DNA from: Bacteroidales bacterium Bact_08
GTDB taxonomy: Bacteria > Bacteroidota > Bacteroidia > Bacteroidales > UBA932
Direction of reading: 5' to 3'
Assembly (NCBI GenBank): GCA_001603425.1
Contig: LUYZ01000008.1
Coordinates: 7,984-71,983, forward strand
Length of the DNA stretch: 64,000 nucleotides
A model generated the notes under the pieces. The model had not been told where the DNA came from. It was given only the letters and a program-made list of their open reading frames with translations, and searched no databases. Positions 9,389 through 20,622 of this stretch are shown here, in pieces; positions within the stretch are counted from its first letter, which is position 1, and each line of letters starts with the position of its first letter. The translations under genes were made by a program, and so were the position numbers.

Positions 9389-9399
9389 CAAATAAGCAT

Positions 9400-10302
9400 A
9401 TGAGTAATTATCACATACCTGTACTACTTGAAGAGAGTGTATCTGCCTTGGCATTAAAAGAGGGAGGCAAATATGCCGATGTAACTTTTGGAGGAGGTGG
9501 ACATAGCAGATTGATTTTAGAGCGTTTAAGGAGTAATTCAACACTACTAGCTATGGATAGAGACTCAGATGCTCTAAACAACGCCCCAAAAGATGACAGA
9601 TTAATTTTAGTACATAATAATTTTAGATTTTTAGCAAACTACGTAGAATACTATAAACTAGGAGGTTTAGATGGAATTTTAGCAGATCTAGGAGTATCCT
9701 CTCATCAATTCGACACTCAAGAGAGAGGATTTTCATTCAGATTTGATTCAATGTTAGATATGAGGATGAACCAGCTTGCACAACATACTGCGTCTGATAT
9801 TTTAAATAGTTATTCAATAGATGAGCTCTGTAGGGTATTCAAAACCTATGGTGAAGTAGAAAACAGCAAGCGGGTTGCATCTCTAATATGCAAAGAGAGA
9901 GAGTTTAATAGTATTAAAACAACTTTTGATCTAAATAAAACACTTGAACCTATTCTTCCAAAATTTGGAGATCACAAATATTTGGCAAAAGTGTATCAAG
10001 CGCTCAGAATAGAGGTTAACGGAGAGATGAGAGATTTAGAGAACTTCCTTACCTCTTCTTTGAGTATATTAAACAAAGGTGCTCGAGTAGTAATCATAAC
10101 CTATCACTCTTTGGAAGATAGAATAGTAAAAAATTTCTTTAAATCTGGTAATATAGAGGGAAAAATCAATAAAGATATTTATGGAAACAGCGATACCCCA
10201 TTTGAGCTGGTAAATAAAAAACCTATTCTTCCATCGGAAAACGAGATATCAGTTAATACCAGATCTCGCAGTGCAAAGTTGAGAGTAGCGCAAAAAAAAT
10301 AA
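9400..10302 (+). CDS. rsmH: 16S rRNA m4C1402 methyltransferase
   Basis: HIPVLL, DVTFGGGGHS, DLGVSSHQ, YHSLEDR, RSRSAKLR. Confidence 0.96.
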   Translation: MSNYHIPVLLEESVSALALKEGGKYADVTFGGGGHSRLILERLRSNSTLLAMDRDSDALNNAPKDDRLILVHNNFRFLANYVEYYKLGGLDGILADLGVSSHQFDTQERGFSFRFDSMLDMRMNQLAQHTASDILNSYSIDELCRVFKTYGEVENSKRVASLICKEREFNSIKTTFDLNKTLEPILPKFGDHKYLAKVYQALRIEVNGEMRDLENFLTSSLSILNKGARVVIITYHSLEDRIVKNFFKSGNIEGKINKDIYGNSDTPFELVNKKPILPSENEISVNTRSRSAKLRVAQKK

Positions 10303-10355
10303 TAACCTAAAATAGAGTTAAAAAAGATTTATAAAAAACAATTAAAGAAAAGAAG

Positions 10356-10676
10356 TTGAGCAAAACAAATTGGTTGAATGAAATATTAGGAGGTCATTTA
10401 CTGGCCTCTAGCGGTATATTAAATAATATACGCTATATAATATTTGTGTTCATTCTAATCATATTCTATATCTCGCTCAATTTTGCAATAGAGGATAGGC
10501 TAAAAACAGAGCGAGCAAATCAACGTGAGTTAAAACATCTAAAATCTGAATATATCAGCAAATCGGCAAAACTACAAAACTTTAGTAAAAAGCTTGAAGT
10601 TGAGAAAAGATTAAAAGAGTTAAACTCAAAACTAAGGGAGCCATCGTCTCCTGCTATTAGAATAGTAATTGACTAA
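10356..10676 (+). CDS. ftsL: FtsL-like cell division protein (TTG start)
   Basis: Between rsmH and ftsI; single TM segment followed by a coiled coil. Confidence 0.75.
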   Translation: MSKTNWLNEILGGHLLASSGILNNIRYIIFVFILIIFYISLNFAIEDRLKTERANQRELKHLKSEYISKSAKLQNFSKKLEVEKRLKELNSKLREPSSPAIRIVID

Positions 10677-10686
10677 AATAGTGGGT

Positions 10687-12774
10687 ATGAATAATAATTT
10701 TAAAAAAGTATCTATCATCTATGTTTTCCTTATACTGTTATCACTAGCAGTAATATGGAAGATATTTTATCTGCAATACATAGAAAAAGCAGAAATAACA
10801 GATATAGATATTTCATATAAGATAGAGGAGATTGAAGCTAAGAGAGGATCTATCTTCTCAAGCGATGGTAGACCATTGTCTACATCTGTACCATACTTTC
10901 AGATTCGCATGGACTGTGTAGTTATATCTGACACACTATTTAACAATAATATTGATGCCCTTTGTAGATCTCTTTCACAACTATACAAAGATAAAAGTGC
11001 AGCCGCATACAAAGCAGAAATAATAAAAGCCCGCAAAGAAGGAAAGAGATATAAACCAATTGGTAACAGATTGGTAGACTACACCGAGATGTTAGAAATA
11101 AGAAAGTTCCCTATTTTTTCACAGGGTCAAAATAGAGGGGGGCTAATTACAGAACAGAGGAATAGAAGAAAAAATCCATATGGGAGACTAGCATATAGAA
11201 CTATCGGATTTATTAATAATAATGGAGAAGGTACCGGAATAGAGAGAAGCTATGATGCATTTCTAAAAGGAAGACCAGGAAGACAAACAGTTCAAAGAAT
11301 TCTTGGCGGAGAATGGATACCAGCTACAGGTCTAGATGTTATTCAACCAGAAGATGGATTTGATATTCAAACCACATTAGATATTGACATACAAGAAGCT
11401 GCAGAAGATGCGCTTAGAGACCAACTCTCAAAATCAGATGTTTTTGAAGGTGCTACTGCAATAGTAATGGAGGTTAAAACAGGAGCTATTCGAGCTATCG
11501 CAAATATGAAAAAAGGAGTAAGAAACGACTTTGATGAATCATATAACTATGCAATTGGACACTCAACCGAGCCTGGGTCAACTTTTAAATTAGCCACATT
11601 AATTGCTCTAATAGAGGATGGCTACGTTAATTTAGAGAGCAAAGTGGATGCAGGAAATGGAAGATGGAGATATATCTCAACTAACTTTACAGACGTGACA
11701 AGGGTTGGTTATGGAGTTATTGATGTAAAGACAGCATTTGAAAAATCATCAAACGTTGCATTTGCAAAGCTTGTAACGGAACATTATGGAAATAATGAAA
11801 AGCGATATGTTAACAGAATAGTTAACATGAAGCTAACAGAGAGATTCAATTTAGATATATTAGGTGAAGCTCGTGCAGTAATCTACTCTCCAGACAATGC
11901 CCTTTGGAGCAGAATATCTCTACCAATGATGTCTATAGGATACTTCTCTTTATTAACTCCTCTTCACACATTAACATTTTACAATGCTGTTGCAAATAAT
12001 GGAAAAATGATGAAGCCATACTTCATAGAAAATTTACAAAAAAATGGCGTAATTCACCAAAAATTTGGTTCACAAGAGATTACAGGCTCAATCTGCTCAA
12101 AAAGAACTCTAGATCAAGTTCAAAACGCACTGCGAGGAGTAGTAGAAAATGGAACAGCAAAGGCAATTGATGATCCAAGATATCAAATTTCGGGTAAAAC
12201 AGGGACGGCTCAGATTGCATTCGATGGTAAATATAAGGATGCTTCCGGCAACAGAAAACACCAAGCTTCATTTGCAGGCTACTTTCCATCTGACAATCCA
12301 AAATACTCCATGATAGTAGTTCTTTATACAAATAAAACAAGAGATAATTTCTATGGTGGAGCATGGGCAGCACCAGTATTTAAAAGAATTGCCGATAAAA
12401 TTTATGCAAGAGCAATAGATTGGAACGACCCCCTTACAAAAAAAGACGAAAGAATTAATACTACTAAACCAGATCTATATGGAGATTCAAAATCAATCAG
12501 AATAATCTCTAAAGAACTTGATTTAGGACATAAAATAGATACAAAGAACAGTTCTTGGATTGCTCTAAAAGAAGATAAGGTAAATCCAATAACAATTAAT
12601 AATAACATGGTCCCAGATGTTCGGGGAATGGGATTGAAAGATGCTATCTATATATTAGAAAACATGGGCTATCGAGTTAGTTTCTCTGGCCGTGGAAAAA
12701 TAGTAGCACAAAATCCCGAACCAAATATTCAAATTAGTAAAGGATCCATAATTCAACTAACATTGGAGAGATAG
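10687..12774 (+). CDS. ftsI: Class B penicillin-binding protein FtsI with C-terminal PASTA domain
   Basis: PGSTFK (SxxK), SSN, KTG motifs; PASTA VPDVRGMGLKDA; alternative TTG start at 10669. Confidence 0.9.
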   Translation: MNNNFKKVSIIYVFLILLSLAVIWKIFYLQYIEKAEITDIDISYKIEEIEAKRGSIFSSDGRPLSTSVPYFQIRMDCVVISDTLFNNNIDALCRSLSQLYKDKSAAAYKAEIIKARKEGKRYKPIGNRLVDYTEMLEIRKFPIFSQGQNRGGLITEQRNRRKNPYGRLAYRTIGFINNNGEGTGIERSYDAFLKGRPGRQTVQRILGGEWIPATGLDVIQPEDGFDIQTTLDIDIQEAAEDALRDQLSKSDVFEGATAIVMEVKTGAIRAIANMKKGVRNDFDESYNYAIGHSTEPGSTFKLATLIALIEDGYVNLESKVDAGNGRWRYISTNFTDVTRVGYGVIDVKTAFEKSSNVAFAKLVTEHYGNNEKRYVNRIVNMKLTERFNLDILGEARAVIYSPDNALWSRISLPMMSIGYFSLLTPLHTLTFYNAVANNGKMMKPYFIENLQKNGVIHQKFGSQEITGSICSKRTLDQVQNALRGVVENGTAKAIDDPRYQISGKTGTAQIAFDGKYKDASGNRKHQASFAGYFPSDNPKYSMIVVLYTNKTRDNFYGGAWAAPVFKRIADKIYARAIDWNDPLTKKDERINTTKPDLYGDSKSIRIISKELDLGHKIDTKNSSWIALKEDKVNPITINNNMVPDVRGMGLKDAIYILENMGYRVSFSGRGKIVAQNPEPNIQISKGSIIQLTLER

Positions 12775-12776
12775 TT

Positions 12777-14243
12777 ATGATAAGCTTAAAATTAATACTA
12801 AAAAATATCGAAATAGAGAAAATAGCTGGTTCAATGGATACAAATATAGAGATTGAGAATCTCACCTATGACTCAAGAACAGCTACTTTCAAATCTCTTT
12901 TCATTGCAATAAGAGGAAACTCTTATGATGGTCATAATTATATAGAAAGCGCTATAGAGAATGGAGCTTGTGCTATTGTTTGTGAAGAGCTTCCAAAAAA
13001 AATATCGCCATCAGTTTCATATATTTTGACAAAAGATTCGCACTACTCTTTGGGAGTTATTGCTTCAAATTATTATAACAACCCATCCAATAAAATTAAA
13101 TTAGTAGGAATAACAGGAACAAATGGAAAGACAACAACAGTAACCCTGCTGTATAACCTATTTACAGATCTAGGGTACAAATGTGGTTTAATCTCAACCA
13201 TAGAAAATTATGTTGGAAAAGTTAGAGTAGAAGCTACACACACTACACCAGATCCATTATCTCTTAATAACCTTCTATATCAAATGAATTTAGAAGGATG
13301 CGAATACTGTTTTATGGAGGTTAGCTCACATGCCCTATCGCAAGAAAGAGTTTCAGGACTAACCTTTTACGGTGCTATTTTCTCAAATATAACTCATGAT
13401 CATCTAGATTACCATAAAACATTTATAGAGTATATCAAAGCTAAGAAGAGACTTTTTGACACATTAGATAAAAATGCATTCGCCCTTATTAATAGCGATG
13501 ATAAAAATGGTGAGACAATGATACAAAATTGTAATGCCAAAGTCTATAGATACTCTACTCACTCCCCTGCCGATTTTAATTGTAAAATTGTTGAAAAAGG
13601 CATGGATGGTATGCAATTAAATATAGGAGGGACAGAGATATGGAGCAGATTTATTGGAGAGCATAATGCATATAATTTACTTGCTGTTTATGCTACAGCA
13701 ATTCTTCTTAATGCACAACATGATCAAGTACTTACTTCATTAAGCAAGATGGGGAGTGTTGCAGGAAGGTTAGAATACACCAAAGGGGCAGAAGATTTAA
13801 CAGTATTTGTAGACTACGCTCATACCCCTGATGCTTTAGAAAATGTACTTAAAACACTAAATGATAGCTCGCAAGGAAGAGAACTTATCACTGTTTTTGG
13901 ATGTGGTGGCAACAGAGATAGAAGTAAAAGACCCAAAATGGGCCAAATTGCAGCAAAGTACTCTACAAAAATTGTAGTAACATCAGATAATCCACGATTT
14001 GAAGATCCAGATTTAATAATTGAGGAGATCAAAGAGGGGCTAACTGCAGTAGAACGGATGAGAGCGCTATTTATTACAGACAGAAGAGAGGCAATAAGGA
14101 CAGCCATTGCAATCGCCCCTAAAGAGGCAGTAATATTAATAGCAGGAAAGGGACACGAAACATATCAAGATATCAACGGTATTAAATCACATTTTGACGA
14201 TATGGAGATAGTTAAGGAGTTTTTAAACCAAAAAATAGTTTAA
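12777..14243 (+). CDS. murE: UDP-MurNAc-Ala-Glu--meso-diaminopimelate ligase
   Basis: GITGTNGKTT, MEVSSH, DYAHTPDA, SDNPR (DAP-type motif). Confidence 0.96.
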   Translation: MISLKLILKNIEIEKIAGSMDTNIEIENLTYDSRTATFKSLFIAIRGNSYDGHNYIESAIENGACAIVCEELPKKISPSVSYILTKDSHYSLGVIASNYYNNPSNKIKLVGITGTNGKTTTVTLLYNLFTDLGYKCGLISTIENYVGKVRVEATHTTPDPLSLNNLLYQMNLEGCEYCFMEVSSHALSQERVSGLTFYGAIFSNITHDHLDYHKTFIEYIKAKKRLFDTLDKNAFALINSDDKNGETMIQNCNAKVYRYSTHSPADFNCKIVEKGMDGMQLNIGGTEIWSRFIGEHNAYNLLAVYATAILLNAQHDQVLTSLSKMGSVAGRLEYTKGAEDLTVFVDYAHTPDALENVLKTLNDSSQGRELITVFGCGGNRDRSKRPKMGQIAAKYSTKIVVTSDNPRFEDPDLIIEEIKEGLTAVERMRALFITDRREAIRTAIAIAPKEAVILIAGKGHETYQDINGIKSHFDDMEIVKEFLNQKIV

Positions 14244-14246
14244 GAG

Positions 14247-15527
14247 ATGTTATATAACCTATATGAATATATAAAGGATTTTATAGATTTTCCAGGCTTG
14301 GGACTTCTTAGATATATCTCATTTAGAGCATTTTCTGCAATTCTTCTATCTTTAATAATCTCTCTTTTTGTTGGTAAAAAAATAATAACAAGACTAGCAA
14401 AAAAACAAATTGGAGAGGATATTAGAGATTTGGGCCTAGAGGGACAAATGCAAAAAAAGGGAACTCCAACTATGGGTGGCATTATAATACTAATAGCAAC
14501 ACTCGTCCCTACAATGCTTTTAGGTAATTTAAAAAACATCTATGTAATTCTACTGATCATTACAACAATATGGCTAGGATTCATAGGTTTCTTAGACGAC
14601 TACATTAAAGTATTTAAGAAAAATAAAGAGGGGCTTCAAGGAAAATTCAAAATCTATGGACAAATAACCCTTGGATTAATCGTTGGAATAACGCTCTATT
14701 TTAGTGACCAACCAGTAATTAGAGTCCCTGCAAACATTCAGGAGAGAGGAGTTAGATCAGAGATTGTTAATAGAACTGGAGAAGAGCCTCAAATTAGATA
14801 CTTCAAAGACGAAAAAAGCACAAAAACTACAATTCCATTTGTAAAGAATAATGAGTTTGATTACTCATGGCTTTCACCAATAAAGGGTGAACTTGGCCAA
14901 AAGATTGGTTGGATAATCTATATTATTTCTATAATATTTATTATAACGGCCGTATCTAATGGCACTAATCTTACAGACGGAATGGATGGACTTGCCACAG
15001 GAATCTCTGCAATTGTGGGAACAACATTAGGTATTCTTGCCTATCTATCAGGAAATATAATATACTCGAATTATCTACACATTATGTATATTCCAGATAG
15101 TGGAGAAATTGTAATAGTAATGGCTGCATTTATAGGGGCTCTCATTGGTTTTCTCTGGTACAACTCATATCCTGCACAAGTATTTATGGGAGATACTGGC
15201 AGTTTAGCTATCGGAGGGATAATAGCTGTTTCGGCAATCATGATTAGAAAGGAGCTATTAATACCAATTCTATGTGGTATATTCTTTATAGAAAGTCTAT
15301 CTGTAATAGCACAAAGAGTCTATTTCAAATATACCAAGAGGAGATATGGCATAGGACAACGAATATTTAAAATGTCTCCTCTTCATCACCATTTTCAAAA
15401 AGAGAATATAGATGCAATTATTAAACATCCAATCAAGGCTCTTCCAGAAGCAAAAATTGTTACAAGATTCTGGATTATCGCAATTTTTCTGGCTGTAATA
15501 ACAATAATAACCCTTAAAATAAGATAA
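14247..15527 (+). CDS. mraY: Phospho-MurNAc-pentapeptide transferase
   Basis: [35 protein letters not shown]. Confidence 0.96.
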   Translation: MLYNLYEYIKDFIDFPGLGLLRYISFRAFSAILLSLIISLFVGKKIITRLAKKQIGEDIRDLGLEGQMQKKGTPTMGGIIILIATLVPTMLLGNLKNIYVILLIITTIWLGFIGFLDDYIKVFKKNKEGLQGKFKIYGQITLGLIVGITLYFSDQPVIRVPANIQERGVRSEIVNRTGEEPQIRYFKDEKSTKTTIPFVKNNEFDYSWLSPIKGELGQKIGWIIYIISIIFIITAVSNGTNLTDGMDGLATGISAIVGTTLGILAYLSGNIIYSNYLHIMYIPDSGEIVIVMAAFIGALIGFLWYNSYPAQVFMGDTGSLAIGGIIAVSAIMIRKELLIPILCGIFFIESLSVIAQRVYFKYTKRRYGIGQRIFKMSPLHHHFQKENIDAIIKHPIKALPEAKIVTRFWIIAIFLAVITIITLKIR

Positions 15528-15529
15528 AC

Positions 15530-16864
15530 ATGCAAAAGACAGTTATACTAGGAGCTGGGGAGAGCGGTATTGGCGCAGCAGTTTTATCAAAGAAACTTGG
15601 TAATGATGTTTTTCTATCGGATATTAGTAATATATCCGATGAGGCTAAAACAATATTAGATAATCACAATATAAGTTACGAAGAGGGGCAGCATACTAGA
15701 GAGTTAATTTTAGACTCTCAATTAGTCATTAAAAGTCCTGGTATTCCAGATAATATTCCTATTATTGACAAAATAAAAGAGAGCAATATCCCAATAATAT
15801 CAGAGATCGAATTTGCAGGAAAGTACGATAAGGCAAAAAAAATATGTGTAACAGGGAGCAATGGAAAAACAACCACCTCTTCTTTAATCTACTTTTTACT
15901 TAAAAATGCAGGTTTTAATGTTGGTTTAGCAGGAAATATCGGCCAAAGTTACGCTTACCAAGTAGCTACGTGCAACTACGATTACTATGTTCTAGAATTA
16001 AGTAGTTTTCAACTCGATGGAATGTACGACTTTAAAGCAGACATAGCCGTATTGTTAAATATAACCCCAGATCATTTAGATAGATACAATAATAATTTTG
16101 ATGATTATATAAAAGCTAAGTTTAGAATCACACAAAATATGTTGCAAGAAGATTGCTTTATTTTTTGTGCCGATGACACTGTAACCATAAATCAACTTAG
16201 CAAGGTTGTTATGCAAGCAACAAAACTTCCATTTAGTATTAATACTGAAGTTTCAGAGGGAGCTTATATTAGAGAAAATCAAATGGTAGTTAGCTATAAC
16301 AACGACTCTTATCAAATGGAGCTTTCAGAGCTATCTCTGAGGGGTAAACACAACATATATAACTCAATGGCCGCTGCAATAGCTGGTAAAATATTAAAAA
16401 TCGATAATCACATTTTAAGAGAGAGTTTAAAATCATTTAGAGGGATTGAGCACCGCCTAGAAAAAGTTCTAAAGATCAAAGATGTCATATATATTAATGA
16501 TTCAAAAGCAACAAATGTTAACTCTACATGGTATGCTCTTGAAAGTATAGAGACGCCAATAATATGGATAGCAGGTGGAAAAGATAAAGGAAATGATTAT
16601 ACACCAGTTTTAGAACTAGTTAGAAATCGGGTAAAAGCAATTATCTGCTTGGGTTTAGATAATAAAAAATTATTAGATACATTTTCAAACACAGTTGATA
16701 CTATAATTGAAGTAAAAAGTGCAAAAGAGGCAGTAAATAACGCCTATAATATTGCAAAACCTGGAGATACCGTATTATTATCACCTGCTTGCGCAAGTTT
16801 TGATCTTTTTAAAAACTACGAAGATAGAGGGGAGCAATTTAAGAAAGCAGTAAAAGAGTTATAA
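15530..16864 (+). CDS. murD: UDP-MurNAc-Ala--D-glutamate ligase
   Basis: VTGSNGKTT, ELSSFQL, HLDRY, NDSKATN, SPACASFD. Confidence 0.96.
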   Translation: MQKTVILGAGESGIGAAVLSKKLGNDVFLSDISNISDEAKTILDNHNISYEEGQHTRELILDSQLVIKSPGIPDNIPIIDKIKESNIPIISEIEFAGKYDKAKKICVTGSNGKTTTSSLIYFLLKNAGFNVGLAGNIGQSYAYQVATCNYDYYVLELSSFQLDGMYDFKADIAVLLNITPDHLDRYNNNFDDYIKAKFRITQNMLQEDCFIFCADDTVTINQLSKVVMQATKLPFSINTEVSEGAYIRENQMVVSYNNDSYQMELSELSLRGKHNIYNSMAAAIAGKILKIDNHILRESLKSFRGIEHRLEKVLKIKDVIYINDSKATNVNSTWYALESIETPIIWIAGGKDKGNDYTPVLELVRNRVKAIICLGLDNKKLLDTFSNTVDTIIEVKSAKEAVNNAYNIAKPGDTVLLSPACASFDLFKNYEDRGEQFKKAVKEL

Positions 16865-16882
16865 AAAATAATTACCAAGAGT

Positions 16883-18145
16883 ATGATAAGCGAAAAAGAG
16901 ATATCAAAACATCTTAAAGGAGATAGGGTAATATGGATAATAGTCTTATTCATGGCCTTAATCTCTATTGCTGCTGTATACTCTTCTAGTAGCTCATTAG
17001 CATTTAGAGAAAATAAGAGTACAATTAGTTTTTTATTTAAACAGATGAAATTTGTCTCTTTTGGATTAATGGCACTATACTGTTGCTATAAATTACCCTT
17101 AAAGCTTTACAGGGTAACTGCATATTTTGGACTAATTTTGGCAATATTCTTATTAATAATTACGCTTATCAAAGGGGCTAAAATTAACGAGGCAGGAAGA
17201 TGGTTAAATATAATGGGATTTATGTTCCAACCCGCAGAAATTGCTAAAGTTGCAGTTATAGTATATCTTGCTAAGATACTCGAAATAAAAAAACTAGACA
17301 CATTTAATGAATTTGTTAAATATATAATTGTACCGATAGGTATAGCGGTAACTTTAGTATTGTATGGTAGTATCTCAACTGGTCTGCTAATATCGGCTGT
17401 TACATTTCTTATATTAATAGTTAATGGAGTAAAATGGAGTCACATTTTTAAAAGTGGAGGAATAGTATTAGTTGGAATTTCATTCATAATTTTACTGAAT
17501 CTATCTTTTAATCTATTTCCGAGGATTGATACTGCAGTAAGTAGAATAAAACATTTTACAACTACATCAGAAAAATCAGAAAATCTTACTGACACCGAAA
17601 AAAGAGCGCTGTTGGACAAAACATTCCAAGCAGATATGGCTAAGGTTGCCATATCATCAGTGGGAGTTACAGGTAAAGGGCCAGGAAAAAGTACTCAACG
17701 TTATCTTCTTCCTCACCCTTACTCCGATTTTATCTATGCAATTATTATAGAAGAGTGGGGATTCCTAGGAGGGTTATTTGTATTAATGCTTTACATTATT
17801 TTCTTTACAAGGTGCATGGCAATAGCCAAATCATGCTCAACAACCTTTACATTTACACTAGTTATGGGTATAGCTATATTAATTACTGCACAAGCTATGC
17901 TCCATATTTGTGTTAATGTAGGACTAATTCCAGTTACAGGACACACTCTTCCACTAATTAGCTTAGGGGGTACATCTCTAATTATTATTAGTGGTTCATT
18001 TGGGATAATTTTATCTGTAAGCAGAACATTAGCCGAAAAAAATATAGAAGAGGATTTAGATGAGACTACAAAAATTATAGAGGAGGACAATATAGAAGAA
18101 AAAGAGACTAATATTGTAAAAGAGCAACAAATATTGGAGGTTTAG
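16883..18145 (+). CDS. ftsW: SEDS peptidoglycan polymerase FtsW
   Basis: Multi-TM; RW..FQPAE, HPYSDFIYAII.EEWG, LPLISLGGTS; dcw position. Confidence 0.92.
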   Translation: MISEKEISKHLKGDRVIWIIVLFMALISIAAVYSSSSSLAFRENKSTISFLFKQMKFVSFGLMALYCCYKLPLKLYRVTAYFGLILAIFLLIITLIKGAKINEAGRWLNIMGFMFQPAEIAKVAVIVYLAKILEIKKLDTFNEFVKYIIVPIGIAVTLVLYGSISTGLLISAVTFLILIVNGVKWSHIFKSGGIVLVGISFIILLNLSFNLFPRIDTAVSRIKHFTTTSEKSENLTDTEKRALLDKTFQADMAKVAISSVGVTGKGPGKSTQRYLLPHPYSDFIYAIIIEEWGFLGGLFVLMLYIIFFTRCMAIAKSCSTTFTFTLVMGIAILITAQAMLHICVNVGLIPVTGHTLPLISLGGTSLIIISGSFGIILSVSRTLAEKNIEEDLDETTKIIEEDNIEEKETNIVKEQQILEV

Positions 18146-18146
18146 A

Positions 18147-19259
18147 ATGAGTTTAAGAGTTATCATAAGTGGTGGTGGTACAGGAGGACATATTTTCCCA
18201 GCCATATCTATTGCAAATGCGCTTAAGAGCGTAGATGGCAATATAGAGATACTATTTGTTGGTGCACAGGGTAAAATGGAAATGGAGAGAGTTCCTAAAG
18301 CTGGATTTGATATTATAGGTTTACCTATAACAGGATTCAATAGAAACTCAATAATTAAAAATCTAAAATTACCACTTAAAATAATTTTAAGTCTTTTTAA
18401 GGCTCAAAGAGTTATTAACAGATTCAAACCTCATGTTGTTATCGGAGTGGGCGGATATGCTAGTGGACCTCTTCTATGGTGTTCAAAATATAAAGGAATA
18501 CCTTATTTTATTCAAGAACAAAACTCATACGCTGGAATAACTAATAGAATATTGGGGAAAAGTGCACAAAAAGTATTTGTAGCATATGAGAATATGGAGA
18601 GTTTTTTTAAAAACTCTAAAATAGAGATCACAGGGAATCCAGTTAGAGAAGGGATAAAAAGAAGAGACAACGATTCTAGATTATTAGCTCATAAATACTT
18701 TAATATAGATGATACTAAAAAAACATTATTAATAATAGGTGGCAGTCTTGGAGCACGTACTCTTAACGAGTGCGTTGAACAATATATATTAGAAAATAAA
18801 GAGAGTGAATTAAATATAATTTGGCAATGCGGAAGTTTTTATAACCAAAGAGCACAAATATTTATCAAAAACAATAAGAGGGACTATATCAAACTATACA
18901 AATTCATAGATCAAATGGATATGGCTTATTGTGCAGCAGATCTAATTATTTCAAGAGCTGGAGCAGGTACTATTTCTGAGTTAGCAGTTGCATCAAAAGC
19001 AACAATATTTGTCCCCTCACCCAATGTTGCAGAAGATCACCAGACACATAATGCAAAAGCTCTAGTATCAAAAAGGGCCGCAATTATGGTTAAAGATAAT
19101 AATGCAAAAAAAGAACTTTTTAGTATTGCCTCTAAAATTATAGTGGATGATAACTTATTAAATCAATTAGAGGAAAATATTGGTAATCTCGCTAAAAATG
19201 ATGCCGCCAAAAATATAGCAAAACGTATTATAGAACTAATAGACAATAGAGATGAGTAA
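18147..19259 (+). CDS. murG: Lipid II GlcNAc transferase
   Basis: GGGTGGHIFP, EQNS, GGSLGA, SRAGA, HQTHNA. Confidence 0.96.
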   Translation: MSLRVIISGGGTGGHIFPAISIANALKSVDGNIEILFVGAQGKMEMERVPKAGFDIIGLPITGFNRNSIIKNLKLPLKIILSLFKAQRVINRFKPHVVIGVGGYASGPLLWCSKYKGIPYFIQEQNSYAGITNRILGKSAQKVFVAYENMESFFKNSKIEITGNPVREGIKRRDNDSRLLAHKYFNIDDTKKTLLIIGGSLGARTLNECVEQYILENKESELNIIWQCGSFYNQRAQIFIKNNKRDYIKLYKFIDQMDMAYCAADLIISRAGAGTISELAVASKATIFVPSPNVAEDHQTHNAKALVSKRAAIMVKDNNAKKELFSIASKIIVDDNLLNQLEENIGNLAKNDAAKNIAKRIIELIDNRDE

Positions 19260-20610
19260 AGTATATTTAATAGGAATAGGAGGTATCGGTATGAGTGCTC
19301 TCGCTAGATACTATAATAGTTGTGGATACTATGTTGCTGGCTATGATAAAACAGAGAGCAAGCTAACGGATGAACTTGTTAAAGAAGGAATAAAAATAAC
19401 ATATATAGACTCTTTAGAAACAATCCCTCTAGAGATAAAATCGTCATTGGAGAATACCCTAATAATCTATACTCCAGCTATTCCAAAAGAGTCTGTTCAG
19501 CTAAACTATTTTATAGATAATAACTATAAAATAATTAAACGATCTCAGGCATTAGGCTATATTGCTCAAAATAAGACAACACTTGCTGTTGCTGGAACAC
19601 ATGGAAAGACCACGACATCAACTATATTAGCTTATATATTCAATTACTCCACAAAAAAAGCGACATCTTTTTTAGGAGGAATTTCAAAAAACTTTAACTC
19701 TAATCTTGTAGTTGATAACGGGGAATATCTTGTAGCAGAAGCAGATGAGTATGATAGATCATTTTTGCAATTATTTCCTAAAATAGCTGCAGTAACATCC
19801 ACTGACTCTGATCACTTAGACATTTATCAAGATTCAAAAACAATGATAAAATCATTTTGCGATTTTGTCTCTCAGATTCAAATTGATGGTGCTGCTATTC
19901 TTCATCTAGATACCGATCCAGAACTTAAGAAACACGCTAAATCAAGAGTGTATTCATATTCATATAGTAGAGAGTCCGACTTTTATGGTAAAAATCATAT
20001 TAAGAAAAACGATGGAAGAATTATATTTGATTTAGTACATCCAAATGGTAAGATCAAGGATTGTCAATTGGGTATTGGTGGAGAAATAAACACAGAAAAT
20101 GCCATTGCAGCTGCAGCAATTGCAATTACTGCTGGGGTTGACCATAATCAAATTAAAGAGGCGTTGTTAAATTTTAAAGGAGTAGAGAGACGATTTGATA
20201 TTAGAGTAAATAGTGATAAAGTTGTATATATAGACGACTATGCTCATCATCCTAATGAATTAAAAGCGGCAATACGATCAATAAGGGATCTTTTCCCTAA
20301 TAAAAAACTAACAGGTATATTTCAACCTCATCTTTATAGTAGAACAAAAGACTTTTATAAAGAGTTTGCTCAAGCACTTGATTCATTAGATTATACTATT
20401 TTAATGGATATCTATCCAGCTCGTGAAAAACCTATTGAAGGAGTATCATCTAAGTTAATCCTAGATAACATGTTAAACAATAATAAATTACTGATTAGCA
20501 AAGAGAATCTAATTGATTATATCAAAAATAATGAATTTGAAGTATTAATTACATTTGGAGCAGGAGATATAGACAGATTTGTTCCAATAATAGAAGAATA
20601 TTTAAAATAA
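19252..20610 (+). CDS. murC: UDP-MurNAc--L-alanine ligase
   Basis: GIGGIGMS, GTHGKTTT, EADEYD, DDYAHHP, FQPH. Confidence 0.96.
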   Translation: MSKVYLIGIGGIGMSALARYYNSCGYYVAGYDKTESKLTDELVKEGIKITYIDSLETIPLEIKSSLENTLIIYTPAIPKESVQLNYFIDNNYKIIKRSQALGYIAQNKTTLAVAGTHGKTTTSTILAYIFNYSTKKATSFLGGISKNFNSNLVVDNGEYLVAEADEYDRSFLQLFPKIAAVTSTDSDHLDIYQDSKTMIKSFCDFVSQIQIDGAAILHLDTDPELKKHAKSRVYSYSYSRESDFYGKNHIKKNDGRIIFDLVHPNGKIKDCQLGIGGEINTENAIAAAAIAITAGVDHNQIKEALLNFKGVERRFDIRVNSDKVVYIDDYAHHPNELKAAIRSIRDLFPNKKLTGIFQPHLYSRTKDFYKEFAQALDSLDYTILMDIYPAREKPIEGVSSKLILDNMLNNNKLLISKENLIDYIKNNEFEVLITFGAGDIDRFVPIIEEYLK

Positions 20611-20622
20611 AACACGCTGAAT

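Noticed and set aside
12777-15527. murF and ddl missing from the dcw cluster
   Set aside because: This is the usual Bacteroidota arrangement, with those genes elsewhere; it is not evidence of loss.
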